A stretch of DNA of 64,000 bases. It comes from an uncultured Candidatus Saccharimonadales bacterium. GTDB taxonomy: Bacteria > Patescibacteriota > Saccharimonadia > UBA4664. Positions 26,711 through 37,811 of this stretch are shown here, piece after piece. The notes under the pieces were generated by a model that searched no databases, was not told where the DNA came from, and saw only the letters and a list, made by a program, of their open reading frames with translations. The position numbers and the translations under genes are program-made. Location of the stretch: positions 34,714 to 98,713 of the forward strand of contig CAYXSN010000003.1 in NCBI GenBank assembly GCA_964467655.1, in the 5' to 3' direction. Positions within the stretch are counted from its first letter, which is position 1; the number at the start of each line of letters is the position of its first letter.

Positions 26711-27832
26711 ATGAAATCACGTCTCACACCAATCTACACCGTCCAAACCCTCACCAAATTAGCCAGCTCGCTGGTCGGCTTTTTTATTCCCATTTACTTG
26801 CTGACCCTCGGGTACAGCGTCAGTGACGTTATGTGGTACACGCTCGTTCAGGCCGTCGTCGGGCTGCCCTGTGCCTTAGCCACCGGTTGGCTATCAGCCA
26901 AAATCCAGCTCAAATATCTGATGGCCGCCCGGGTACCAGTGATTATTGCCCTGCTGGCCATCCTCATCAACCTACCAACCCACCCTGTACCCCTCGCCCT
27001 CATCGGCGTCCTCAACGCCGCGCATTTCGCCCTCTACTGGATCCCGTTGCACGTGTTCTTTACCGTCGCCACCAGCCGCGACAAAGTTGGCCGACAGTTC
27101 GGTCTGCTCATAGGCATCCCCAAGCTCGTTGGCATCGCCGGACCGTTCGTCGCCGGCCTGGTAGCCGCTACCCTGGGCTTCAACTGGATCTTTACCGCCG
27201 CCGCCACCCTCTACGCCCTCAGTTCACTACCCATGCTAGCCATCCCGCCCTATCAGGAATCACTTGACTTCAACCTGGCCAAGTTCAGGCACCTCTATCG
27301 CCGCTACCGTCGGTACTTCTGGCTGGAAATCGCCGAAAACATTCAGGAAGAACTCGACGCCGTCATCTGGCCGCTCGTCGTCTTCATAACCCTCAAAAGT
27401 ACCATCCAGGCCGGTGCCATCGGCACCACGATGGCGGCCGGCTCAGCTATATTCACCTACTTCGTGGGCCGCTGGACCGACCGCACCGACGCATTCAAGC
27501 TCATCCGCCTCGGCGCCGGCCTCTGCCTTATGCTGTGGCTGGTCCGGCTTGGTACCATCACCCCGGTCCTGGCCTTTACCGTGTCGGCACTCATGGGTTT
27601 TGCCAGTGTCATCCAGACCATTCCCTTCAACGGCATCATTTACAACCTGGCCCGCGACAATAACCCACGCGAATTTATTCTCTTCCGCGAGGTCCCCATC
27701 ACCATTGCCCGGGTGATCGTCTACGGCACGGGCCTCATCTGCGCCACCCATATCCAAAGCCTGTTTTGGCTGGCCATAATTGCCTACGCCGTGTTCGCCG
27801 TCATGCCGCGCTTCAAGGTTCCTCAGGCGTAA
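26711..27832 (+). CDS. MFS transporter
   Basis: About 12 hydrophobic helices; GRWTDRT loop motif; GPFVAG. Confidence 0.85.
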   Translation: MKSRLTPIYTVQTLTKLASSLVGFFIPIYLLTLGYSVSDVMWYTLVQAVVGLPCALATGWLSAKIQLKYLMAARVPVIIALLAILINLPTHPVPLALIGVLNAAHFALYWIPLHVFFTVATSRDKVGRQFGLLIGIPKLVGIAGPFVAGLVAATLGFNWIFTAAATLYALSSLPMLAIPPYQESLDFNLAKFRHLYRRYRRYFWLEIAENIQEELDAVIWPLVVFITLKSTIQAGAIGTTMAAGSAIFTYFVGRWTDRTDAFKLIRLGAGLCLMLWLVRLGTITPVLAFTVSALMGFASVIQTIPFNGIIYNLARDNNPREFILFREVPITIARVIVYGTGLICATHIQSLFWLAIIAYAVFAVMPRFKVPQA

Positions 27833-27836
27833 AGTC

Positions 27837-29459
27837 CTAATCCCGCCGCCCAGCATCGTCAGTGCGTAACGGCTCGCCAGGTTCAAAAATTTTCAGGGTA
27901 TACAACGCCAGTCCGATGAACACCGGAACATACAAAAACAGATAACGCGACCGCCCTTCAAACAATAAAATAAACAGTATCAAACCGGTTAACATCAACC
28001 GTGGTACCAGGGTGGTAAAACCAAAGTTATTGCGGGCAGCATAGCGCAGCCTTGCCACCGGCAGTGCCACCAACATCAACACCGCCAGCCAACATACCTG
28101 AGCCACATTAGAATAGCCGCCATAACCCCACCCGCCGACGTAGAGTAATTGCCTCACAGCCCAACTCACGGCATCATTATGATAAAACGTCAGGTTCGTA
28201 TTACCCTCACCATAAGCATAAAAAGTGCCGTCAGACAAAATCCACAAAGCTTTTTTCAGCAAAAAATCGGCATAGCCCACTGGACCATATCCTGCCAACT
28301 GACGCTGAATCTCCGATAAGGCAAAAGCCGTCTTGGCCTGTTGGCCGGGTTGAGCTGATATATTGGCGACGGCTTCAGCCGAGTATACCCCGTAAGCCGG
28401 CACGCCATCATGCTCACGAGTCTTCATGCCAATGGCCGCATAATGCCACGCCGGCATCGCCACATCGTTCAGGTTACGGGCAGGATAGGGCAAAATGTCC
28501 AAGGTGTCCACCAGTTTGAGGTAACTAGCATAGGTGAAAAGACAAAACAGGCCAGTCATGAGCGCGCCACTAGCCACCATCCACCACCGGCGACGTTGTT
28601 GGGTGGCTGTCGCCGGACTCACCAGCAACCACACACCCAGTGCCACCACCGGCGCGATCACTGCCATGATCACCGTCGGCTTCATCAGTACGCCAACGAC
28701 AGCCACCACGCCCATAACCATCAACCATCCCAGGCGGGTGTTCGATGAGCGGGCAGCCGATGCCCGCAGAACCACGTACCACAGGCTAATCGGGAACAAC
28801 GCCGCCAAAGTATCAGTATAAACAGTCGCCGTCTGAGGACTGATCGCCAAAAGTAATAAGCTTAAGGGCCAGGTCATTCGGGCAATCCGCGCACCATAAA
28901 GACGCCTAGCCACAAGATACAGCATGATCTGGCTCAGCCAAAGTGCTACGGCATTCAAAACCGAAGCAGCGGTCACCAGATCGCTAACGCCAAGCAAGCG
29001 CACTAGCTTAAAATATCCCCCCAACATCACCAACAAAGCCACGTTGTTGGGGTACGTTTGAAAGTAGTCAACCAATGCCGGGTCAATAGAACCTTGTTGG
29101 GCATACCGAACCGCTTGATCCAAAACAATCTGGCTATCCCAACCCGAACCGGTAGCGGTAAGCGCCCAAGCGACAGTTAATTGAACCACCAGGAAGGCAG
29201 CAAATACCACCACAGTACACCAAGGCCGCCATACTCTCTGACTGCGATTGATCCGTACCGCCAACAAAGCCACCGTCATAGCTGCCCCAATGGCAATCGG
29301 TAGTTTCGGTCCAAACAAATGAAATTTATGCGCTGCCGGCACCAAAGCCACCAGTACAACCAAGATAGCGGCCACAACTAAGAAACTATAGTTATACCCG
29401 CGCAAGCACCGCCAAAGAATTTGCCGTGTAGTTGTAAGCTTGACCAGTGTAAAATTCAT
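27837..29459 (-). CDS. integral-membrane GT-C-type glycosyltransferase (start uncertain)
   Basis: GWDS, YFQTYPNN, VYTDT, MKPT, FEGRSRY; many TM helices. Confidence 0.7.
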   Translation of the reverse strand: MNFTLVKLTTTRQILWRCLRGYNYSFLVVAAILVVLVALVPAAHKFHLFGPKLPIAIGAAMTVALLAVRINRSQRVWRPWCTVVVFAAFLVVQLTVAWALTATGSGWDSQIVLDQAVRYAQQGSIDPALVDYFQTYPNNVALLVMLGGYFKLVRLLGVSDLVTAASVLNAVALWLSQIMLYLVARRLYGARIARMTWPLSLLLLAISPQTATVYTDTLAALFPISLWYVVLRASAARSSNTRLGWLMVMGVVAVVGVLMKPTVIMAVIAPVVALGVWLLVSPATATQQRRRWWMVASGALMTGLFCLFTYASYLKLVDTLDILPYPARNLNDVAMPAWHYAAIGMKTREHDGVPAYGVYSAEAVANISAQPGQQAKTAFALSEIQRQLAGYGPVGYADFLLKKALWILSDGTFYAYGEGNTNLTFYHNDAVSWAVRQLLYVGGWGYGGYSNVAQVCWLAVLMLVALPVARLRYAARNNFGFTTLVPRLMLTGLILFILLFEGRSRYLFLYVPVFIGLALYTLKIFEPGEPLRTDDAGRRD

Positions 29460-29510
29460 ATGAGGGAAGTAAATTGCTTACCTGCTTATTGTACGTGCTC
29501 CCTCCTATCT

Positions 29511-31073
29511 ATGACACCCCGACACCTCGCGCAACACCAGCTCATCACTATCACAGGTTTTTTTGCTGTCTTCATTTTCGGACTGTATTGGTGGGCACCA
29601 GGCAATGTACCGCATAATTTTGAGGGAATCGGACACGCCGTCGATTATCTACTGTTTGGCTTGACCTCATACGTTGTCTGGTTGCCTGTCATCATGAAAA
29701 TGCTCATGTGGCAAGTCTCACGCCATATACCCGAGACTCAGATGCAATCATCCCCCAAGCCGCCACCTGGTCGCCGGGTAGCGTTTGTTACTACCTACGT
29801 CCCCAGCTCGGAGCCCATCGAACTCCTCAAACGAACATTGCCGGCCATACTGGCCACTCATTATCCCCACGATACTTGGCTCCTCGATGAGGGTAACGAC
29901 CCCGCCGCCCGCAAGCTATGCGCCCACCTGGGAGTACGGCACTTCAGCCGAGCCAATATCGATGAGTACAATCAACCAGACGGGCCTTTCGCTCGCAAAA
30001 CCAAGGGCGGCAACCACAACGCCTGGTATGATCAATACGGCAAAAACTATGACTTTGTCGCCCAGATAGATACCGACTTTGTACCCAGCCGTTATTTTCT
30101 CGAAAGAACCTTGGGCTATTTTGAGGATCCTCAGGTCGGTTTCGTGGGTACACCCCAGATTTATGGCAATACCGCCCACTCTCTGGTAGCCCGCGGCGCA
30201 GCCGAGCAAACGTACAATTTCTATGGCCCCCTCATGCGCGGCCTGCACGGGTTTGGCAACACACTACTCATTGGGGCCAATCACGTCATCAGGGTAGAAG
30301 CCCTCAGAAGCGTTGGCTACTACAGCGCCCACATCACCGAAGACCTGCTAACCGGCATTAAGCTACACGCTCATGGTTGGCAAAGCCGCTATGTGCCCGA
30401 GGTACTCGCTATTGGTGAGGGGCCCTCCACCTGGAAAGCCTTTTTCGACCAACAGAAGCGCTGGGCATACGGCTGCATGCACATTTTATTCCACTACACT
30501 CCCAAATACCTGGGCCAGCTCAGTTGGCGGCAACGGTTTTATTACTTGTGGATCCAACAGCACTACTTCTCTGGATTAGCTATGCTCATCAGTCTCGTGG
30601 GGCTCACCTGCTATTTTGGTTTTGGTCTGCAAACAGCCAACCTGACGTTGATACCGTTCCTTTGCGCGTATTTGGGCCTCATGGTGGTGCTCGAGGCAAT
30701 TGACCTCTGGCTCCAAAACTTCAATATCAGGCCTTTTCTCGAGCGGGGCATCCTCTGGAGTGCTATCGTCATCAACATCGCCGTCTGGCCCACCTTCCTC
30801 ATGGCGTTCTTTCAGCTATTTAAGCGTCGCAAGCTCGGCTACAAAGTGACGCCCAAGGGCCAGAAAACCCAAAAAGACCCCTCAATCTGGCAACTGTTCA
30901 CGCCCCACTTCCTCATCGGGGGAGCCACCTTGGGCTTACTGGTTTCCTCGGTATTTACTGAACGTACGTCTCACATCATGGTTTTTTGGGCGACCCTCAC
31001 GGCCTTCAGCTTGTTGCTGGTCCCATTTGCACCCCAGCTTGCCGGTTGGTTGAAGCGCTTCAGCCCCCGTTAA
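29511..31073 (+). CDS. cellulose-synthase-like processive GT2
   Basis: LLDEG, KGGNHN, QIDTD, GTPQ, ITED, QQKRW, YKVTPKG; no PilZ domain seen. Confidence 0.9.
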   Translation: MTPRHLAQHQLITITGFFAVFIFGLYWWAPGNVPHNFEGIGHAVDYLLFGLTSYVVWLPVIMKMLMWQVSRHIPETQMQSSPKPPPGRRVAFVTTYVPSSEPIELLKRTLPAILATHYPHDTWLLDEGNDPAARKLCAHLGVRHFSRANIDEYNQPDGPFARKTKGGNHNAWYDQYGKNYDFVAQIDTDFVPSRYFLERTLGYFEDPQVGFVGTPQIYGNTAHSLVARGAAEQTYNFYGPLMRGLHGFGNTLLIGANHVIRVEALRSVGYYSAHITEDLLTGIKLHAHGWQSRYVPEVLAIGEGPSTWKAFFDQQKRWAYGCMHILFHYTPKYLGQLSWRQRFYYLWIQQHYFSGLAMLISLVGLTCYFGFGLQTANLTLIPFLCAYLGLMVVLEAIDLWLQNFNIRPFLERGILWSAIVINIAVWPTFLMAFFQLFKRRKLGYKVTPKGQKTQKDPSIWQLFTPHFLIGGATLGLLVSSVFTERTSHIMVFWATLTAFSLLLVPFAPQLAGWLKRFSPR

Positions 31074-32422
31074 TCACGCCGCCACAATTCGGCATCCTGA
31101 GCTTTCACGCTTTGGCGCCAGGCAGGGTCTTGGGCAAGCGCTTCGTGAAGTTTGGTATCAAAATTGCTCAACAAAACACAATTGATGTCATACCGAGCAA
31201 ATTCACTGCGCATAACTTCCTGCCCCTTGAGTACCTCCACATATTTGTCGAGGTAGCTGCCTGCGGGACCTCGCCAACTAGGCATCCGGCCGTCAATGTA
31301 CACCGGCACGTTCGGTAAACTCATGATGATGAAGCCACCGTACGTGTAATCATTAAACAACTGCCCGCGGCAGGGATGGTCACGCAGCTCAATCAGTGCC
31401 TGAGTCGGCCGGTCAAGCGTCTGGGGGCTCGTCGTGAGGGGCCACCGCCACAGCAGTAACGACAAAGGATAAACTATCCCCACCACCACAGCAGCTCCCG
31501 CCATCAACCAACCACCCCACCGGCCAAACCGCGCACTCAGCCATCCGGCCATCCGCCCCATCTCATGATCGAGCAAACCAATGCTACCAACCACGAGCAT
31601 AGGCATGTGGCGATTCGACCACAACGCTGCCACCACCAAAGCGGCTACTCTCACCCTATCAAAACCCCAACTCTTGAGAGTCAGGAGCAGCACCACCATC
31701 AGTACCACATAGGGCGCAGTTGCCGGCGTCGGAGTCAATGGCGCCCACTCCACAATCCGTCCAGCCAGTTGGCCATCACTCATTGTCCGCCAGATCTCTT
31801 CGTATATTCGCCAACCATAAGGGTTCAGGAGAGCCGCTCCCGCCGCCACCATCACCCACAGGAGCAAACTCCATTCCCGCCGCCACACAGCCGCCAAACC
31901 GGCTACAGCCAAACCAATCACAAAGCCACCATGCCAATTGGCCCACAGAACCAGCAACGGCACGAGCAACCAATACCGCCGACGCCGACGCAACAGCCAC
32001 AGTACTGTGGCCAGCCCCAGCGCCGAAAAGGTAACACCCCTGATGCCGACGTATTGAATAATTGCCCCAACCGCTAGCCCCATAGTCACAAAGCTTGGTT
32101 TACGACCACTAGCCACCCACAAAGCCGCCACCCACAAAGCCGCAAAGATCAGGCCCAATGCCTGGTAACTCCAAGTACTAGCTACTAGATACACAAAAGC
32201 ACTATAGGCCCACTCATGGTTGACCCAGGCAAAATCACGAGCGGTATACGTAAAAATATCGTGCATGGGCACACCATGTCCCCAGATATACTGGCCAGTG
32301 GCATAGTGCCATCCAAAATCCGGATCAACCCGGTTGACGCAGATAAACGCCACCAAAAGATAGGCGCCCACCAAAGGACCCCATTGCACCACCCCGGTAC
32401 CAATCCGCTTGTGCCATTGCAT
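31070..32422 (-). CDS. polytopic membrane protein, probable GT-C glycosyltransferase
   Basis: DPDFGWH, WVNHEW, WANWHGGF, IVEW, YIDGR; start 32422 lies 6 nt after TATGAT. Confidence 0.7.
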   Translation of the reverse strand: MQWHKRIGTGVVQWGPLVGAYLLVAFICVNRVDPDFGWHYATGQYIWGHGVPMHDIFTYTARDFAWVNHEWAYSAFVYLVASTWSYQALGLIFAALWVAALWVASGRKPSFVTMGLAVGAIIQYVGIRGVTFSALGLATVLWLLRRRRRYWLLVPLLVLWANWHGGFVIGLAVAGLAAVWRREWSLLLWVMVAAGAALLNPYGWRIYEEIWRTMSDGQLAGRIVEWAPLTPTPATAPYVVLMVVLLLTLKSWGFDRVRVAALVVAALWSNRHMPMLVVGSIGLLDHEMGRMAGWLSARFGRWGGWLMAGAAVVVGIVYPLSLLLWRWPLTTSPQTLDRPTQALIELRDHPCRGQLFNDYTYGGFIIMSLPNVPVYIDGRMPSWRGPAGSYLDKYVEVLKGQEVMRSEFARYDINCVLLSNFDTKLHEALAQDPAWRQSVKAQDAELWRRD

Positions 32423-32451
32423 GGGGCCATCATACCAACTACCATCAGGGC

Positions 32452-33282
32452 ATGACCAATCGTGAAACGCAGTCATTACCAGCCTTTATCACGCTATGCG
32501 TTGTCACGCTGATCGCCGCCGCCGCCATGCTGGCCGGCAGCTATAAGTGGTGGTCAACCTTACCTCAAACCCAAGCTTCATATTTCAGGCACATCGCTCA
32601 AACGACATCAGCTGATCAAAAGCTCATTTTGAGTCGGTTCGCCACCTGGTTTGACCACGATAACCCCCAAGCTCACATCGATATCGCCGCCGCCAGCCTA
32701 GCCTTACACGAAGGTGCCCGCGGCCTGCGCGAGTTGCAGCTTGTTAATCCAACGCCGGCCAGCCAACTCCTCAAAAGCCAGCTCCTACTTGAGGACGGTC
32801 AGGCAAATGCTGCTGCGGAGCTACTCAACCAACTCATAACCGACCCTCAAACCGACGAAAACACTCTAGTACTGGCCTGCCTCGCCAATGCCAGCGCCGG
32901 CCAAGCACCAGCCTGTCAGTCTGTGGCGGCCCGTGTGAGCTCACCGGAAGCTACCACAAGCGTTTTAAGGGCACAAGGCGATACAACAACACTGGCAGCC
33001 GCTCTCTACGCCAAAGGGCTTCTTTTGAGCTCACAACGGGCTCTAGCCAACGAGCCCATTACACCCACCCGCAACCTGCTATTGGCGCGCATCAATTACG
33101 ACCTCCATACCGAAGCCAGCCTCCAACAGGCCCGTGATCTCCTGACAATCGTCCTCAAGCTCAATCCTATAGACCTTGAGGCTCGCCAGCTCCTCGTAGC
33201 GACCTACCAAGACTTAGGCGACACACCAAACGCCGTAGTCCAAACCGATTTGGTAAACAAACTGTTAGCTGGCCGGCCGTAA
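32452..33282 (+). CDS. membrane-anchored TPR-like protein
   Basis: N-terminal TM helix; Ala/Leu-rich helical repeats such as LKLNPIDLEARQLL. Confidence 0.7.
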   Translation: MTNRETQSLPAFITLCVVTLIAAAAMLAGSYKWWSTLPQTQASYFRHIAQTTSADQKLILSRFATWFDHDNPQAHIDIAAASLALHEGARGLRELQLVNPTPASQLLKSQLLLEDGQANAAAELLNQLITDPQTDENTLVLACLANASAGQAPACQSVAARVSSPEATTSVLRAQGDTTTLAAALYAKGLLLSSQRALANEPITPTRNLLLARINYDLHTEASLQQARDLLTIVLKLNPIDLEARQLLVATYQDLGDTPNAVVQTDLVNKLLAGRP

Positions 33283-34125
33283 AGCTGCCAGCAATTGGGC
33301 ATGAAGTTCCGGCGTCCGAGCCGCCACAGGATAAAATCGGTGATGCTTGTCGGCCTCAAACTGACGAAACATGTTATTAGGATCAAAAGGCTTGCCTTCG
33401 AGGTCTGTTACCACACATCCCGCATGTTTTGCCACCATACAAGCAAACATCTCATATAGTTCCTCACCACCAAACGGATCGGCATACGCGTCGATAGCGC
33501 CCTCAGCCAGCCGCAACCAGTACAAATGGCCGCTGCTCGAAAGCACCCGTTTTGCCGTATCAAGCACCCTGTCGGCCTCATGGCGGCGAGATCTCTCTGC
33601 CACCGACTCAAGCGTCAGAACGACCCAGGCTTGGCCAAGATCAGACGGAGCTGCCCAGTCAAACTCGAGAGAGTTAAATGCAGGGACTTGCCAAAACTTT
33701 GATCCGTCCCTTTGGGCCACTCCCAAGATCCCGGTTTGATAATCAAGAATTATCGAAGCAATCCAGTTTTTAGTTGCGTCAAAAAACGTCATACCCATAG
33801 CCGCATCTAAGAATGTTCGAGACGCCAGAGAGCTATTGCACAATGGATCATATACCACGTAATAGTCTGCCGACTCAGGACCAGACCACGAACTTTCCTC
33901 AGAAAAAATTCTCACTCGAGCCGGCAAAGCAGCCAATCCATGTAAGTAGAGCTCATCAAGCGCTACATCAAACTGGAATTGCTCGTTTGCACCGGATTTT
34001 ATTTTGACTAACTTGTTCATTTTTTGCACAAACTTTTCGTAATTTGTGAGATAGGGATTTATAAATTCATAGGCTTGGACCATCGTTTCACGTACAAATT
34101 TGTCGAGTATAGGGTCATGTAGCAT
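33265..34125 (-). CDS. inositol monophosphatase/FBPase-family protein
   Basis: FSEE, VYDPLCNS (cf. DPxDGT), LAEGAIDAY, AGCVVTDLEG; start 34125 lies 6 nt after TATGAT. Confidence 0.8.
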   Translation of the reverse strand: MLHDPILDKFVRETMVQAYEFINPYLTNYEKFVQKMNKLVKIKSGANEQFQFDVALDELYLHGLAALPARVRIFSEESSWSGPESADYYVVYDPLCNSSLASRTFLDAAMGMTFFDATKNWIASIILDYQTGILGVAQRDGSKFWQVPAFNSLEFDWAAPSDLGQAWVVLTLESVAERSRRHEADRVLDTAKRVLSSSGHLYWLRLAEGAIDAYADPFGGEELYEMFACMVAKHAGCVVTDLEGKPFDPNNMFRQFEADKHHRFYPVAARTPELHAQLLAALRPAS

Positions 34126-34291
34126 ATGCCGATCATACATCAAGTTGTGCAAAATTTCCCACAGCTAGTCGGGTAGTGAGGGCAAGATCCAGGCCGAACG
34201 AATTTCAACAAAACTTACCGTCAAAAGCATTTTGTAGTACTTTTTATAAAACCGGTTCACAAGCCCTATTTGGGCATTTTATCCTCAAGCC

Positions 34292-34415
<124 letters not shown>

Positions 34416-34608
34416 TTAAATGCCCACCCAGATTAGCACACAAATCGCCTGCAGCTCAAGCGCCAACCCTCTAAAGTTACACAACCAAATCACTTGTAAG
34501 CGATAGAGAAAACGGAATTTATGCCAAACACTATCCATTTCGTAAAAATGCCAACTTGATCATTCCACAAACAAAAACCGGCCATTGAGCCGGATTGTTG
34601 ATAATTCC

Positions 34609-34685
34609 TGGTGCGCCTGGCAGGACTCGAACCTGCGACCCTCAGCACCGCAAGCTGATGCTCTAATCCACTGAGCTACAGGCGC
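34609..34685 (-). tRNA. tRNA-Arg(GCG)
   Basis: GCGCCTG acceptor stem, TCAGC-TT-GCG-GT-GCTGA anticodon arm, GGTTCGAGTCC, ACCA end. Confidence 0.93.
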
Positions 34686-34731
34686 CTATAAACCTAAATA
34701 CTCTACCACAATCTGTGGCTATCGCCAAGAG

Positions 34732-35316
34732 CTAAAAACGCACAACTCTCGTAATGCGCTCGATGACATCTGGCTGACGGTCCACACGCGGGAGATGAAG
34801 CTCAAGATGGCCAATAATCTGATCGAAATCGGTCTCGTCAAACAAAATGGCCATTCTTGGCATCAATCTTTGAGCCGGCTCCAAATCAATAGTGTGCCAA
34901 GACAAATCAGGCAGCACCCCAAATGACCGAAACATTTCATAAGGGTGCAGTTTGCCGTCGACAGTGATGCCTTGAGGTGAAACCTCATATGTCAGGATGC
35001 GTGGGGCTTTACGGGCATATACAACTACCGCTACCGCGGCTACAGCAAACAAGCCAATCTCCAACCAGTAATGCAGCCAGATTGCTACACCTACAAGTCC
35101 GGCGGCCAAAACTACAAGCCCTGCATACCATAAAGCACTCTTGTGATGTTGAACGTATTCTGATGCCCGCCAGGTAAAGGCCGCCTCCTGAGACCGCAAC
35201 CGTTCAAGTTGTTCGGTCGACATTTCGTCTTCGGGCACGGGCAAAGGTGCCGGCTCAGATACTGCTTGTACCGGTTCTTGAATGTCTTTGATGGCTTGTC
35301 TCAGATATTCAGGCAT
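34732..35316 (-). CDS. small membrane protein: two TM helices plus a PH-like domain (possibly DUF5673-like)
   Basis: FTWRASEYVQHHKSALWY, YEVSPQGITV, FRSF; AGAGG RBS before MPEY. Confidence 0.7.
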   Translation of the reverse strand: MPEYLRQAIKDIQEPVQAVSEPAPLPVPEDEMSTEQLERLRSQEAAFTWRASEYVQHHKSALWYAGLVVLAAGLVGVAIWLHYWLEIGLFAVAAVAVVVYARKAPRILTYEVSPQGITVDGKLHPYEMFRSFGVLPDLSWHTIDLEPAQRLMPRMAILFDETDFDQIIGHLELHLPRVDRQPDVIERITRVVRF

Positions 35317-35410
35317 ACATGTACCTCTTGTGCTTGCCATTATGCGCCTCTCTACTCTTGGCGGCAACACCTATGGAGTGTACACTGATGGCGTGCCCAT
35401 ATGTCAACCT

Positions 35411-35500
35411 GGAGGGGTCGCATAGTGGCCGAGTGCACCTGTCTTGAAAACAGGAGAGCCCGCAAGGGTTCCGTGGGTTCGAATCCCACCCCCTCCGCCA
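35411..35500 (+). tRNA. tRNA-Ser(TGA)
   Basis: GGAGGGG acceptor stem, CCTGT-CT-TGA-AA-ACAGG, long variable arm, GCCA end. Confidence 0.95.
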
Positions 35501-35515
35501 AGATATATTATCTAT

Positions 35516-36238
35516 ATGAATGATTTGAGATTAACACAAATATCCGCAGTCCTATTTGACCTGTATGGAACCCTGGTTGACATCAAGGTAGATGAGTTAT
35601 CGCTCAATTTTTGGACCTCAATAAGGAATACACTTGATGTCGCAATTGCTCCCGAAGATTTGCGCGACCAATATGAAAAAAAATGCACAGTAGCCATTGC
35701 AGCCAGCCAATCCGGCCAAGTAATTGAAGAGGTATTTGCTGATTGGTCTGCTGAACTCAGTCAGACATATCGCAAACCAATTGATACATTGACATTTATA
35801 CGCAAATTCCGCCAAGCCTCCCGAACCTCACTCCAATTACGAACGTATGCCAAACCCCTAATCCATATACTCCAGGCGTCAGGTACCAAAACGGCAATTG
35901 TATCGAATACAGAAGCAGCTTTCACTAAAGTCGATTTACTTGACATAAACATGCCTCCAGTCGATGCAATGGTCCTTTCGTCTGATGTTGGTTGCCGCAA
36001 GCCTCATCTCAAAATATTTTCGGCCGCACTCAACCAGCTCAACCTATCGCCAGATAAATGCGTATTTATTGGCGACAATTGGGAGGAGGATATTATGGGT
36101 GCCAGGCATGCAGGTACACATGCTATTTTTCTCTCAGACACCCCGAAGGTAATGAGCGATGTCATAACAATCTCTGCAAAGCCAAGTCTTAAATCCATGA
36201 TGGCAGCGTTAACAACACTAGACAATAACCTAAGCTAG
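35516..36238 (+). CDS. HAD-superfamily hydrolase
   Basis: LFDLYGTLVD, IVSN, RKP, FIGDNWEEDIMGA. Confidence 0.9.
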   Translation: MNDLRLTQISAVLFDLYGTLVDIKVDELSLNFWTSIRNTLDVAIAPEDLRDQYEKKCTVAIAASQSGQVIEEVFADWSAELSQTYRKPIDTLTFIRKFRQASRTSLQLRTYAKPLIHILQASGTKTAIVSNTEAAFTKVDLLDINMPPVDAMVLSSDVGCRKPHLKIFSAALNQLNLSPDKCVFIGDNWEEDIMGARHAGTHAIFLSDTPKVMSDVITISAKPSLKSMMAALTTLDNNLS

Positions 36239-36250
36239 GTCAGATTTCAG

Positions 36251-37798
36251 ATGTCATCAGATCAATCAATACCCCAATCCCAAGCCATAAGCAGATCGCA
36301 ATTTACAGTCTGGCAAGCACTTGCCCGGCACCAGGAAGCCCTAAAATCGGTTCACCTCAGGGATTTGTTTGACGGGCAGCCCGACCGATCAACAGCTTTT
36401 CAGGCTCAAGCCGCAGACATAACCCTTGACTACTCTAAGAACCGCCTCACCAGCGAAACTCTGAGGCAATTGTTCGACCTCGCCCGCGCCTGCGATATCG
36501 AAGCACTACGTGACGCCATGTTTGCCGGTCAAACCATCAATACTACCGAACGACAGCCCGCGTTGCATACTGCCTTGCGCCGACCCTTCGACCAACCGCT
36601 GGCAGTGGATGGCCAAGACATCATGCCCCAGATAGAACAGGTCCATGATCAAATGGTAGCGCTATCTGCTACCATCAGAGAAAATGCCTATCTCGGCGCT
36701 ACAGGCAAGCCAATTGCATCAATCGTCAATATTGGCATCGGCGGCTCAGATCTTGGTCCGCTCATGGCGTATGAAGCGCTCAAAGGCTATGGCCGGCAGA
36801 ACCTCAGGTTCCACTTTGTGTCAAACATCGACAGCTCTCATCTCCATGAAGCGCTAGAACACTGCGATCCCGAAACCACCTTGTGTATCGTGGCCTCCAA
36901 GACATTTGCTACCGACGAAACCATCACCAATGCTACCAGCGCCAAACAATGGCTCCTTGAAAGCCTGCACGATAAAGCCGCCGTCTCCAAGCATTTTGCC
37001 GCCGTCACGGCCAACCCTAAGGCGGCCCAGGAATTTGGCATCTCCCCGAAACAAACATTTGAGATCTGGGACTGGATCGGCGGCCGATACTCACTACCGA
37101 GCGCCATGGGCTTGAGCCTCATGATAGCCATTGGCCCCGACAATTTCGACCAGTTACTCGCCGGCATGCACGCCATCGATGAGCATTTCATAATGGCTCC
37201 GCTCGAACGGAACCTACCAGTCATCTTGGGCTTAATTGATATCTGGAATATCAATTTCTGGAACACTCAGAATCTCGCCATTTTGCCGTACTGCCAAAGC
37301 CTGCAGTATCTGCCCTCATATCTCCAGCAACTCATCATGGAATCAAATGGCAAATCAGTCACCCGCACAGGCCAAGCCATTACTTATAGCACTGCGCCGG
37401 TAGTGTTTGGCGTACCTGGTACAAACAGCCAACATTCAATAAACCAACTACTGCAGCAGGGTACTCAGGTGGTACCGGCTGATTTTATAGGCTTCAAGGA
37501 GCCGCTCGTGGAGCTCGGGAACCACCACACCAAACTGCAAGCCAATCTGACAGCCCAGGCACAAGCCCTGGCCTTTGGCGAAACATCAGCCCAGGAGCCA
37601 TACCGGCAATTTGCTGGCAACCGGCCCAGTAACACACTCATGCTACCCAGGCTCACACCACACACCCTTGGCCAGCTCATCGCCCTCTACGAGCACAGGG
37701 TATTTATTCAAGGCGCCATCTGGGATATCGATTCTTTCGACCAATGGGGCGTAGAGCTCGGCAAGCAGCTCGCTCGGCAACTATTAAGAATGAGCTGA
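36251..37798 (+). CDS. pgi: glucose-6-phosphate isomerase
   Basis: LDYSKN, IGIGGSDLGP, VASKTF, GGRYS, QQLIMESNGK, FDQWGVELGK. Confidence 0.97.
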   Translation: MSSDQSIPQSQAISRSQFTVWQALARHQEALKSVHLRDLFDGQPDRSTAFQAQAADITLDYSKNRLTSETLRQLFDLARACDIEALRDAMFAGQTINTTERQPALHTALRRPFDQPLAVDGQDIMPQIEQVHDQMVALSATIRENAYLGATGKPIASIVNIGIGGSDLGPLMAYEALKGYGRQNLRFHFVSNIDSSHLHEALEHCDPETTLCIVASKTFATDETITNATSAKQWLLESLHDKAAVSKHFAAVTANPKAAQEFGISPKQTFEIWDWIGGRYSLPSAMGLSLMIAIGPDNFDQLLAGMHAIDEHFIMAPLERNLPVILGLIDIWNINFWNTQNLAILPYCQSLQYLPSYLQQLIMESNGKSVTRTGQAITYSTAPVVFGVPGTNSQHSINQLLQQGTQVVPADFIGFKEPLVELGNHHTKLQANLTAQAQALAFGETSAQEPYRQFAGNRPSNTLMLPRLTPHTLGQLIALYEHRVFIQGAIWDIDSFDQWGVELGKQLARQLLRMS

Positions 37799-37811
37799 GG
37801 CAAAAACGATC

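Noticed and set aside
35444-35515. N-terminal extension of the HAD ORF, and ORFs 34176..34436 and 43139..43348
   Set aside because: They overlap tRNA genes and are translation artefacts
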